NCBI GenBank assembly: GCA_028023455.1
Contig: JAQFVV010000003.1
Span: forward strand, 18,042,001 to 18,106,000
From: Epiperipatus broadwayi
Lineage: Eukaryota > Animalia > Onychophora
DNA length: 64,000 nt
Reading direction: 5' to 3'
The notes beneath the pieces were generated by a model, which did no database searches, was not told where the DNA came from, and saw only the letters and a list, made by a program, of their open reading frames with translations. Every line of letters starts with the position of its first letter. Positions within the stretch are counted from its first letter, which is position 1. The position numbers and the translations under genes were made by a program. Positions 39,125 through 51,460 of the stretch are shown here, in pieces.

Positions 39125-39813
39125 TAAATTTATTAAACGCACATTGATTATGTAAGTAATATTTACCGACCCTGTAACCTTCGAGAATATGCATGTAAAA
39201 TGTGATAGTAGGGACCTCTACATGTCTTTTAACCACAAGCTTACACTATGGAAGAAAAGAGGGGAACCCTTCTTTACTTCAACCTACTTTCTATTTAAAT
39301 AGATGAAGCTGAAGTGGTTAGATCTGAGAGTGTGAAGCGATTCAATACTTTACTGATTAAGTCCACATTTCTTATTACACATTAATACTCATGAAATCTT
39401 TCGATTTACAATGAGTCAATGGAAAGATTTTATAGTTAGAAATTTATTACAGTAATTTAAAGTTGTAATTACTTACATAATCAATGTGTGTTTAATAAAT
39501 TTATAATTACAACTTTAAATTACTGTAATAAATTTCTAACTATAAAATCTTTCCATTGACTCATTGTAAATCGAAAGATTTCACGAGTATTAATGTGTAA
39601 TAAGAAATGTGAAGTATTGAATCGCTTCACACTCTCAGATCTAACCACTTCAGCTTCACATATTTAAATAGAAAGTAGGTTGAAAGTAAAGAAGGGTTCC
39701 CCTCTTTTCTTCCATAGTGTAAGCTTGTGGTTAAAAGACCTGTAGAGGTCCCTACTATCACATTTTACACGCATATTCTCAAAGGTTACAGCCTCGGTAA
39801 ATATTACTTACAT
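39125..39813. repeat. Large near-perfect foldback (arms 39150-39471 and 39504-39813) whose spacer is an inverted copy of the left flank
   Basis: Arms are reverse complements apart from a 13-nt indel and a few substitutions. The spacer 39472-39503 equals the reverse complement of 39125-39156 with 1 mismatch. Confidence 0.95.
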
Positions 39814-40759
39814 TATTATTTTAGTCTAATTTTTATTTTTTTACAAAAAATTATAACTTATTTTACTTTAGATTTTAATTTACAATTTAACTGTTTTTAT
39901 TTTATTTTAAAAGTTCGCACAGATGAGTTTAATATTTATTAGAGTGTCGAGTATGAATAGACTACATAGATTGCATTTGAAAAGAAAATATTCTATCCCT
40001 TATTTAACCTTAGGCCAAAAGTTCGCAATCAAACCAATGCCAATCTATATGATATATCGATGTATTCAATGCAGCACGAATATGACAGCACAAATACCAC
40101 ATTGTCAGGAATGCACATCTGAACAGCATGTTTAATAGAAGACATTGACTCTTGTCCAGACAGGAATACTACATCTGTCTGATGAGAAGAGCAATAAAAA
40201 AAAAACTCCATAGAAAGGGACTGCGTTTTCCATCTTACCATCCCATTCCATAGGCAAAAAGGGTGTGTGCGGCATAATATATGATCCTGCATGTAGAAAA
40301 TCTCATACTACATCTACTAATTACATCAATATATCCAATCCATTGATCCAATTTAACTACGAAACAAATAACCTAAATTACCCTCCCTTAAACTAACATA
40401 TATAACTTTACAAATCTATACAGCTATTTACGCCCGACTTAAATTTAACATTTATATAATTTATTTAAAAGAAAAAAAATCATAAAAACTTTAAAAAACA
40501 GAAAAAATAAATTAATGGAAATGATTTACAAAAAATAATAATACATTAAAAAAAAAACAATTATTACTAGCTGATTAAGTTTGGTCAGATAGGAATTTCT
40601 ATTGCAATAATTTAAATACTGGGAAAGTTTATACTTAGTGTTCATTAATTAACTAATGTTTTTAAGGTTTTAACATACTGGAAAAGTTTCTTTTTTAGAA
40701 TTAAAGTTCATTAGTTAGAGTTCTTACTGTTTTAAAAATCCATGCTTAGCAGTTGCTTG

Positions 40760-41000
40760 CCATTTGGAGCCAGCATTAATTCCCCTGATGTCCTGTGGTC
40801 CTCAATATAGGAAAAACAATGTCATTTCTCTTTCCTTTTAGCAAAACTGAAGGGATTGAAGAGTGCGTCTTTTCAAACTCTTCTCCTTCAACTCTCTCCA
40901 CACTAACACATATAGTCACATCTCTGTCTTCTCTCCCAGCTCTTTCTTCACTCACTAAAATTTATTTCCAAACTTTTTCTTTTATATTAGAATTTTGGAT
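40760..41000 (-). mobile_element. Possible R2/Hero-like LINE ORF remnant
   Basis: Broken minus-strand frames give LVWRELKEKSLKRR...KERE and ALFNPFSFAKR, resembling the pre-RT helical region of restriction-like-endonuclease LINEs. Recognition is from memory only. Confidence 0.3.
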
Positions 41001-41451
41001 TCAGGGGACATTATGTCATGATGATGGTGATGGTATTTTCATTGAGGTCCGTTTCCCTGAGGGATTTCTTTTATTGGCTATACATTTTGAAATGCCCAAG
41101 GGCTAGCTTAATTTTAACTAATTAAAATAATCATTTCAATTTTACAATAGCATTAATCCATTTATTGTACATTGTTTTTATCTTTATCTTTCAATCTTTT
41201 TCTTTATATTTAGTTTTAAAACTTTTTCTTTTTTCTTAATAAAGTTTTCTTTTAATAATTTTTCATCTGTGCGATTTTATATATTAGAATTTAGATGATT
41301 TTTAATTTTCAATTTTTAATTCTTAAAAAAGAAGTTTTTATTTGCGAACTTTTATTTTTCATGTTTAATTTTTTTAAAAAATAATGTAATTATGTGCCCA
41401 TTACAATATGTTGTTAATAAATTAAGTTGTTTAAATCAATCTGATCTCTGT

Positions 41452-41592
41452 TTGATCATCACCATCATCACTGTGCATTGATACCACTAGATGTTGATCA
41501 TCATCATCACATTATGAATTTACACTATTAAAGGTTTGATGATCATCATCATCATTATGTATTGCTCTTGTAAATAATTGATCATCATCAAT
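41452..41592. repeat. Diverged 42-bp-period minisatellite with conserved TTGATCATCATCA core
   Basis: Cores start at 41452, 41494, 41536 and 41578 (exact 42-bp spacing); the remainder of each unit is diverged. Confidence 0.85.
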
Positions 41593-41809
41593 ATTTTTTT
41601 ATATCTATGCTTATATATAGGCATATTTGGTTTATAATTGAATAGGTCCATCCCTGAAGAGAGCTGATTGCAAGAACTCCCTGAGTTCGAATTCCGTGGT
41701 GTAATGGGGTCTAAAAAGGGAGGGGTAATGAATATGAACTGGTCTAAGTTATATTTAAATTTTGTTAGTAAATTATAAGTTAGTATATTGAAAGTAGATG
41801 TGACTTGGA

Positions 41810-41990
41810 ACTGGGCATTTCATTATGACATCTTTAGCATCCTATTTGAAGGCCTAGGTCTGACAGTAGTGAGATGCATTCCCTTTGTTAGATGCCATTC
41901 TTGATTCAGTAACATCTGATGCACCCAAATGTGTCATTGAATCATGAATTTTGGATATGACTTGTTGTAGGTTGGTGGACACATTTCATC
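41810..41990 (-). mobile_element. Possible Ty3/gypsy integrase zinc-binding (H2C2) remnant
   Basis: Minus frame LQQVISKIHDSMTHLG...DAKDVIMKCPVP with stops; the second Cys is lost. Confidence 0.35.
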
Positions 41991-42240
41991 TAAATCATCC
42001 AACTACTTAGTCATATTCGCGTTGTCGTATGGTATTACCCTGTGGTTCCGGTAAATCTGGCACCATCAACTTTGGGGTAGTGGGTTCCATTATAATATCA
42101 TTGATTAATAATGCACTAATGTGTTAAAGGTGAAACTATTCCATATAACAATTTATTTAGGCTGAGCACTTTCAGAGTTTCGTTAATCCACAACCATAAC
42201 ATTGTAGATTGTCAATGCTATTATATGCAAAATTATTTCT

Positions 42241-42576
42241 TTATATTATCCATTTTCTGGAAATGGTGTCACTGGTAATAAAACAGGCTTCCTTGATTTT
42301 TCTCTGGATGTCATTCCTCTCTGTACCTAGTATATTAGCTTTAAAGGGTTCAAACTTATGGTTAAGCTCTTGCTGATGGTCAGCAGAAATGAAACTGCCT
42401 TCTTTTTTGGTTATTGCTTGTGTATACATATATCTGTGTTGAGCCAATCTATTATCAATTGTGGTGTGAGTCTCACAATAGTAAATAGCACCATAACTCA
42501 TCTGGGGGCATGTAATTCTATTTATCTCCTCCATTATTCCAACCCATACCCATGGTAGAGATACATAACTCAGCAC
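42241..42576 (-). mobile_element. Penelope-like element GIY-YIG endonuclease remnant
   Basis: ORF reads RITCPQ...IYYCETHTTIDNRLAQHR...SFISADHQQELNHKF...ILGTERNDIQRKIKEACFI. This matches the PLE C-terminal GIY-YIG pattern (C..C, YIGET, R..EH, H...H, E......E..I). Confidence 0.8.
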
Positions 42577-43079
42577 TCACTATTTACAAAGCAAATTAAA
42601 TTAATAAAAAAATGATTACATCAACTATGAAGCTGACTAATTCCAATGATTGACATTCCATCTTCTTTGGGACCCCCTGCCTAACTATGGTTGGTATGTT
42701 TGACAAATAAGAATATCCACATGAGAAGATTAGTCATTCACACATAATAAAATAAATATAATGACTGTTAGTTAAAATAAACAAACCAACAAATAACATG
42801 AACTCTGTCTTGTAATAATGCATGTAATTAATATGGAATAGTATCAAAACTCTTACTGCATTCCATATTATGTGGCAGTAATCAAAATGTCAAGTTACTA
42901 TGGAGGGAACTGACCTAAACTTTATTTACATAAAAAAATTAATCTAAGTTAATAATCCCCCTCCCATATTATGTTGTTTTTAAACATATGGATTCTTCCA
43001 AGTGTAGGCACATTAAAATTTCTAAATGTAGAAATGAAATAAGTATAGAATTTTACAAATATATATAAAAATCACACAT

Positions 43080-43560
43080 AATAAATCAAATTTTCTTCAA
43101 TAATCCAGATTAAAGTCTGTGAATTTAGTGATATCTCTCATGGATATAGTCTATCACCCTTCTTTTCATTGTACTTCAATAAATCCTTCTTCGATCATTT
43201 GAATTCCTCAGCATTTTCTGCGGCTGCTTTCCTTCTGGATCCATTCAGACATTTTGTATGGGACATTTAATGTTTCTTTAGGTATTATATATGAGTGAAT
43301 TAAATCATTATGCTTCTATGGTTGGGAGAATAACATTTGGATCCTGATGACTTTATTTAGCCAGAATACATTGTGTAGTACTTTATAATAGATTTAAATT
43401 TTTTCAGTTCATTATTTGGCATTTAGTGAATTATATAAAACAAAAAATTTACTTTATCATTTATCTATATAAGCTGGCAATGTACTCTTTCCTTTTCTCC
43501 TCATTTGAACAATAGCACAGTCTTTTATTTTTAATTGTCAACTCAAAATCAGTATTTCAT
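43080..43560 (-). mobile_element. Possible Tigger/pogo-like transposase remnant
   Basis: Broken minus frame KKH*MSHTKCLNGSRRKAAAENAEEFK resembles the RH.I...GE..SAD..AAEEF segment of CENP-B/Tigger transposases. Heavily decayed. Confidence 0.3.
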
Positions 43561-44589
43561 TAAACTGCTAGAAAATATCAACTTTCCTTATTTCAAAAGT
43601 TGATTACGATTTCTTTCAACTTTTTGCAATGTAAAAATTATAAAACTGATACAGGATTTTCGAACAAATTGTCCATCTTTCTTTGCATTCTAAGATTCGA
43701 TCTTGAGATATTGTTTGTTTGTGGGATATTCTATCCTTCAATAAATAACAAAAGATGACGGAAATGAACTGGGTTCACTTCTATACCATGCTTAGTTTCT
43801 GTTGCCTAATATGTAAGCTTTTCCATTTTCTTATAGTTAAAATTAAAATTACATAATAAAATTCTACTCTCATTATCCAACACTTGGTACCTAGGTATTG
43901 ACTAGCTATGTCTATTAAATTGAAGTCATAAATTGCGACATCTAATACATTGACAAATCTTATTGTTAGTATTTGTATATATATATGAAAGATCTTATTA
44001 AATGATCTTTTTTATTTTACTTTGTAAAAGATAAATTATCCCATTGTGACATTATTTAATTTAAGATTTAATAAAACAAACTTTTGTCATTCATGTATAT
44101 ATATATGTTTGCATTATAAAACAATTGATAGTGCATATCCAACTATCTATTATCTTCCTTGTGGTTTAAATGAGTTTGATTTGCTGTTGTGGATAAATAA
44201 GGGCTAGTCTAGACAGGATTGTAAGCTACCCTTACATTTATAAATTATAATATATTTCAAATATTAAAATTATGTTTAAAAATATGAACATTTTATACCT
44301 TAATGTGATGCATAAAATATTTAAATTAATTGAATGACCATTATTATTATACTTATTAAAACACACATATGGGAAGATTAAATATTATTTTCCTATGAAT
44401 TACACCACTCTAATATAAAAGAGCATGTTATCTATTTATTTTTAATACAGCTACATTATCCCTATCTAATATAGAAAATGAAATTAAATTGAATCCCTTT
44501 TTTGATAACTTAGTTTAATTCAACCAATCTTGTTTCACCATTAAAAGAAAAAATAAATTTAATGTTAGTTATGCTCAGCTATATATTAA

Positions 44590-45940
44590 TATTTCTATGG
44601 ACTCATAAACAATTTGAGTAATTCTTCCAGTCTGTAAATTACTGGAGATTGGTTTTCTTGCCGTAATTTTTTTTTTTACTCTAGTTGGACTGCGATGAGT
44701 GGTGACCTGTTCAGATTTTTTTTACTTTCTGAACTATTATTAATCTTTCATCTCATCCAGGCCTCTTTCTATGGATTATCTTTATTCCTTTTTTTTACCA
44801 GCATTAGTTTTTATACTAATTTTTGGAAATCCCTTACATTGATAGTTGGAAAAGCCCAAATCTCTTTCTAATTTTGGGTTTCTTGCCTTGGCAATTCAAC
44901 TATCAGTTCTATACATTTGCCATCATATGTCATAATCAGAATTATCTTGTTTGATAGGTTATATTTAACAAACCAGTCATTATTTTCAACTGAAATATCT
45001 GGTTTTGTAAAAATTGAATACAGGTCTTTCTGGCATCTACTTTGTATATCTCTGGTAAGACTTGATTCCTTACTTTTTCTATGATCTTTTCTGTGACCTT
45101 TTTGATTGTTTTCTCTTCAATCTTTTGATCTTTCATTTCCATCCATATCTCTTTGATCATTTTCAATATTTTCCTTCATTTAATTTGATCCATTTATCTT
45201 TTGGTTTAATATCTCTAGTTCAGCTATAATTTGATGTTATTTCCATGTTCTCTTGTATTACATCATACACATAATGTATAACATTATCTGCTTTCTTATC
45301 TTGTTCTTTCTTATTTTGATCTAAATGATAATTCATATCAAAGGCATTAACATCACTACTAGTTGTGTTAGCATCCATGCTATATTTATTTGCAACATTT
45401 TCATTAATATGTTTTCTATTTTCCTTATTTATTTGGGTTTTATTATCACTACCTTCCTGAACTTTTGGTTCATTTTTTCATTCTTTTCTATGTTGTCTTG
45501 CAATCTTGCTTCTGATTGGACTTTCATTTCTGTAAACAATATCTGTATTTTCTGTCTTCTTCTACTTTCTGTAGCAGCATTTGAGAGCTTCTTAATGCTT
45601 TGTTTTATCTTCTTTTCATTCATCTCTATTTATTACCTGCTTCTCTTTTTATTATCTTTTTGTTCTATTATCTTCTTCTCTTTGTTCATTTCTTTTTATT
45701 ATCCTCTTTTCTTTGTTGATCTTTCACTTTATTATTATCTTTGTTTTTCTCTTTTTATTATCTTTGTCACTTTATTTTTTCCCATTTTCAATAATTGGGC
45801 TAATACGGCAATTTTTTTTGTGTTCTGTGGGCAACATCACTTAAGTGATTATTTTAATTATACTCTTTTTTCATCTTTTCAGTTTGACTTTGGTCAATAT
45901 ATATGATTGGGTTATAGAACTTTTAAAATAATCATATAAA
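44590..45940 (-). mobile_element. Longest copy of the coiled-coil repeat family (ORFs 45429..45623 and 44942..45166)
   Basis: K/E/I-rich broken ORFs, with homology to 29990-30700 and 35040-35400. Confidence 0.6.
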
Positions 45941-48900
45941 TTAAGCTTTGATTCACCCCTTCTTCGATACAACTGCTCACCTTAATTAATACTCTACTAA
46001 ATCTTACTATCTCAATACCTGGCTTTTTTATTGTAATTTGTTTCCCCTACTTTATTCTTTATTTCTATCCTGTTCATGTGTGTGATTGATTTCTTATTCA
46101 CCATTATTTTTATTATTAATTTTTAATTTAAGAACATATACATTTACAAAAACAAGTTCATGTAACAAATCATTTGTTAAAACTTTTCTCTGATGGGTAT
46201 CTGTCAAAAAAAGAATGCATAGTGGCCTGCAATCTTGGAATAAATAAAGAATCTAGCTACTGGACTACAAGTACACAATATAGCATGAACAAGAGATGAT
46301 CTCTATCACAATTTATACACTATAAGATATGTACAACCCAAAACAGGATACTGATAGAAAAATATTTGCAAATCCCTGCTCTTTTGAGTCTTAGGGGCTA
46401 ATAAATACAATGTTAAACTTATGACTTGCTCATTTGCTCTGATCCTAGAGGCTGAAGTTCATAGCAGAACTATATTAACTGATCATGATAAACAATTGAA
46501 AATACAACAAATTAAAAGTGAGTTGGTATTGTGTTTAAATAGAACATTCCTTGGAGTTGCATGAAAATTTTGCATACCCAAGCCAATGACAAAACCCTCC
46601 ATCCATCATAAATACTGAATATACAGTTAAACAAACTCCTACAGTCAAAAGCTCAATCCAATTTCTTAAAAATCATACTTTGATTTTCTGTTCAACTTTA
46701 AATATGGACTCCTTAAATATACATTAAAACCACCATTTAATTATTATCTATATTCTTGTGACATACCACAGTAATAAATTTTAAAATTAATTCTGCATCA
46801 AAATACACTTTTCTTTTTCAATTGTAATTTCTGAGATTCAAGTTCTGTGGTCACATTATATACTGGCCACAGAACTTAATATTTATAATGGTATAAAAAA
46901 TGTGACCACGGGGAGATGGGAAATCATCCCCATGTTGACAAATATAAATACAGAGTATAGAATAGTGAATATGAGCAGATACTCAGCATAAACACAACCA
47001 TAAGGTGCATCTCCAGCATTACAAAAGAATAATTAAATCAATAACTCATTAGCAATCAACAAAGAGCAGTCAAAAATCAGTAGTCAATCTTGTGACTAGA
47101 TTTAATATATATGACAATATTAAAGTTTGTTTACATCTCTCAGATCAGTTCCAATCTTTAGAGAGTTAATTACACGTTTTATTCTTTTTTATTAATGAAC
47201 TTTTAAAAAAGACTTTTTTTTCCATATGTCATAGCATCAGCCAGGAGGCAAATCTGCAACAACTGCTTGCTTGCAAGGCCTCTGCACTAATTTATTCATA
47301 TGTGCTTTTCTCCATCTGCATGTAACAGATAACTACCTCTGCTCTAGAAGTACAGACATTAACATTAATTCAAGTTAATCTATAAGATATTTTTTTAAGT
47401 AGTAGATGATTGACTTCTTTACTGTCTTTAACTTTTTCTTAGATATTTTTACTATTTGTAAACATTAAATTAAACATAGCTCAATGTATATGTAAACAAA
47501 GAGAGTAAATCACTCTCTCCCAGGCTGTGACTTAAAAGCACTCTAAATGTTGAACAAAGAATCAAGAATAGCATGAATCCATCTATTCTTGGGAGCTATG
47601 AAAATGAAATTAATTTGTTTATTACAATCAAGATGTTAAAAATGAGATGCTATATCCAGCTTTATGTAATTAATTATGTGTTTAACAATTCTCATGTGGC
47701 ATATCCTACCTCGTTGATAAATTAATTTTTCTGAATTAACAACAATGTTAACAAAGGTATGGTTATAAACATCTATCAAGAATAGGTGGATTCATTTTAT
47801 TCTTGATCCTTTGTTCAACATTTAGCTTGGGATATGGTGATTTACTCTCTTTTTTTACTATTTGTTTACATGCTCTTTTGGTATCTGATAACCAATTTCT
47901 TGTGTGTTTCTTTTCTTAGTTAGATAAATGTGATTTTTAATTAATGATATGATCATTTTCATTACTTCTCATAGGTTCGCCTTTGGTTACCTGTAGTATG
48001 ATTAATATATCTACATTCATTCCCATCTTTGGTTTTTACTTTTACTATGAAAGTATTTCTGGATATATTTAACTTTACTCAAATCCAAGTTCCCTTTAAA
48101 CTCTCTCTCTAAATCATATCTTGTTGTTAATTTTATATATTTTTTATCCATTTCTATTATAAGTTGAGATTAATAAAAATAATTTTATTCGAAGTTTTCT
48201 GCTCACTAATAATTACAATAGACTTTTTCCTTCCATCATTGTATGTAAAGGAAATAGTGAATTATGTATAGCTTCATTTACATCATTCCCTTTATTTAAA
48301 ATTTGTAAAAACTATTGTACAGTTTTTTCAACTCATTCATTAGATTTGGGATGATAGAATAATGTTAGCATATGTTGGTATATTCTAATTTATCATTTCC
48401 TTGAATTTACCAGAAATAAATGAAGTTCTATTATCAGTAACAAATACATCTAAAATACCAAGACTAAAACAACAACTGACATTTTTTTTTATTATCTCAG
48501 AATTACTATTTTTAATTAATCCATAATTTGTTCAATTCGAATATTCATCTATTAAATAAGTAGAAATCAATACTCATTATATGACCCTACATGCATTCTT
48601 TGTCATAGTATGACAGTTTCAAGCCATAGATTATATTCTCTGTCATGGTCCATTCTTAGCCACCAAAAGAGCTGCAAACTAAAGTTTTGTCTCTGATTAT
48701 ATTAGGATAGCCATCATTAATTAGTTTTAAGACCAATTTTGTCACATGTTCTGGTATGGCTGTTCTATTTGCCATCAAGTTATATCCTATTAATGATGAC
48801 AACTTTTCTAATATTCTAAAAATCTTTAGATATTTTCAAGCAACTTGGGATGGGGGGCATATTCACTTATCCATTTGAACCAGAGTTAGATATTCATATT

Positions 48901-49686
48901 TTACTATATCAATATAGTTTACATTTATTATTTTTTGATAACTTTTTCCTCATGTAATTTTGCATAACTTATTAATATGATACATTTAATTCACTTTCAT
49001 ATATCTGCAAATTTTGATAACATGCCAACATGAGAATTTGACTACCTTTCACATAAATCAAATTATAGTTCATGTGATCTAGCATGTTTATTTTTAGTTA
49101 ATATTCTAAATAAATGTTTGTGGTCTGAAATCAGATAAAACTTTTTTATTATATGAACACTATTGCAAATCATATCCAAATGACAATTATTTTTCTCTGC
49201 TTCATGTAAGATATACAATATATAAATTATCAGCTTTTCATCTTTATGAATGTTAATATCACATTGATTCCATATACTGGTGACTATGTGGTGATGGTTA
49301 TTTGCATATCATTATAATGTATCAGCATATTATTAAAGGAGAGTAAATATTTTGTAAATTAAAAGCCTCTTCTTAATATCTTGCTTACATTCACTTTTGC
49401 TCATTTCAAGAGATTATGCAGTGATTATGCTATATGAGTTGTATTTTTGATAAAATTATCAAAACAATGGTAGTAGTCCAGAAAGGCCTAACTTTTTTAC
49501 TAAAGTATGTACAACTCCTTATATACGCTTTCCCATTTAGGTATAATTTATCTTGGCTGGAAATATTAGGAATGTTGTGACTTCAAAAGACAATCAGTTC
49601 CATTTTAAAAGGCTAATACATAATCAAATTGAATGTTAGCTATTTTTTACTAAGATTTTATGAAAATCAACTTTTAATCTGGCTTA

Positions 49687-49863
49687 TTAAAACAAGCAAA
49701 GTGCAAGCCAGAGTAATCAATTGATGCCAGAAGGTTTGTGCATAAAATCCCCATCTAGTGGCTACTCATCCAATATCCCCAGACTAGTTTCTGCCTTGTA
49801 ACCTTCGTCAGTGAGAAACCTTGGATCTGAGAGCACTGAGTGGAAATATGTATAGAGAGTTTA
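49687..49863. mobile_element. HHR repeat family 1, locus E: antisense arm with HHR (49776-49816, minus) plus short sense end
   Basis: Minus strand tctca CTGACGA AGGT tacaa GGC A GAAAC TA GTC TGGGGA, then sense agtggaaatatgtatagagagtttt. Confidence 0.85.
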
Positions 49864-50705
49864 ATATTGGATTATTAAAAAAGGAATGTGTGTAATAAAG
49901 TTTGAACTGTTTTTATATTTGATACTAGATATGCATCTTTCTTTAAGAATTCTATGTAATATTAACATGTAAGCCTTCTGATTCAGGGATCATTACTATA
50001 AGCATTACACATTCTGGATTATTTGGTGGTGAGAGTATTTCAGCTTTTATAATTTTTCATAAAATCTTACTTATTCTTATTGCATAAACAAACTTTCTAA
50101 ACTTACAAATGAACAATGTCTCTTCTTTTATTGTCATAAATTACATTGGTATTTACTATTCTATAGAAAAGGGCTGTCCAAGATGTCGACCGCGGTCAAA
50201 TTTTTTTTTGTAAAATTTGCATCTAATTTATTTTAATATAATTCTAAAACAAAATTTTTTTTTTTTCTTGAATTTTTTTTAAAATTCAGGACGAGCTTTA
50301 GAAAATAATTATTTATAGGTAATTTAATAAATATTTTATAAAACAATGTGGAAAAATTATAATACTAGAGGGAGCTGAGATAATTTAACCATTTGCCTCA
50401 TGAATTTTGTTATTAATTTGAGTGATTTGATTTGATACAGATCTAGCCAGTTTCCTTTCTAAAATATATTAATGTAAAATAATCAGAATTGTTTTAATTT
50501 AGCTTCAAAAAATTGAATTACTTTACATTCGAATTGACTAAATGTAACGAAAAATTTAAAATAATGTTAATAACTGAAGAAAAACATGAAAAATGACAAA
50601 GTTGTGAGTGGAGTGAGTTTGACAATGGTAAATGAAAATGTAACAATTTACTCTAGATAAATACTTTTCGTATAATAAAGATATATATGAGAGATAGTGA
50701 CCTGG

Positions 50706-50747
50706 CCCAACTGATGAGTGCTAGTTCAGCACGAAATGCATCTTGGG
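50706..50747 (+). ncRNA. Canonical minimal type I hammerhead ribozyme (family 2)
   Basis: CCCAA CTGATGA GTGCT agttc AGCAC GAAA TGCA TC TTGGG: 5-bp stem I, intact core, 5-bp stem II, palindromic stem III ATGCAT, and AUC cleavage triplet (cut after 50742). tgac/gtca extends stem I beyond an internal loop. Confidence 0.85.
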
Positions 50748-51081
50748 AGTCATTTGTCTTTTATTATATCTTTATTTATATGAATTTAAAAAGAATGGGG
50801 AAGTATGGAGGTGTTTATTTATAATGAAAAATAACCTGCAGTAATACAAAGGAATTATATTTCAATCAATCACTATGTGAAAATGCCATTGATTTCTTGT
50901 GTCTTAAAAATTACACTAGCTGATTATTCACCTCTGTTGTCTTTTCTTTGTCTAAAATTAAATTTTTAAAATATAAATCTAGCTACATTAGTCAATATAG
51001 TATAAAAAGTAATTATAAAATCCATAAATAATTATGAAAAACAGTAGTGTTTTGCTAACTATCACGGAATGTCATTGATAT

Positions 51082-51460
51082 GCAAATAGCAGTCAATGTT
51101 ATTCACTTGTCTTGAATGGCAGTCAAGTGCTATTCACTTTTCTTGAATATTTTTCTTGTAAAATTTAAAAATTTTCGAATCAAAATTTATATTTAAGTAA
51201 ATTAATGTAAAAACTTAATTATGAATGTAAAAAATAATGAGAAGTATATTTATTTACATTCAAAATCTATTACAAAAGCAATAGCAGTCAACATTATTCA
51301 CTTGTCTTGAATAGTGGTCCAGCACTATTCACTTATCCTTGATTATTTTTCTTGTAAAATTTTTGAATCATACCTTATATTTAGGTAAATTAATATAAAA
51401 ACTTGTAAAAAATTACAAGAAATATATTTATTTACATTCAAAATGTATTATGAAATCATA
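51082..51460 (+). repeat. ~195-bp tandem duplication with internal ~33-bp subrepeat
   Basis: aatagcagtcaa..ttattcacttgtcttgaat occurs at about 51085 and 51280, and the downstream AT-rich block is also repeated. Confidence 0.85.

Noticed and set aside
41645-41700. ctgaagagagc...gttcgaa as a hammerhead (related copy at about 36665-36715, minus)
   Set aside because: Lacks GAAA and a credible stem III/I; GAGTTCGAATTCC fits a tRNA B-box, so a SINE head is more likely.
45325-45906. 193-aa hydrophobic ORF on plus
   Set aside because: It is the antisense of the A-rich coiled-coil repeat ORF; the F/L/I richness is compositional.
47750-48750. Possible decayed L2/CR1 endonuclease-to-RT linker on minus
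   Set aside because: Only vague compositional resemblance; no motif could be read with confidence.
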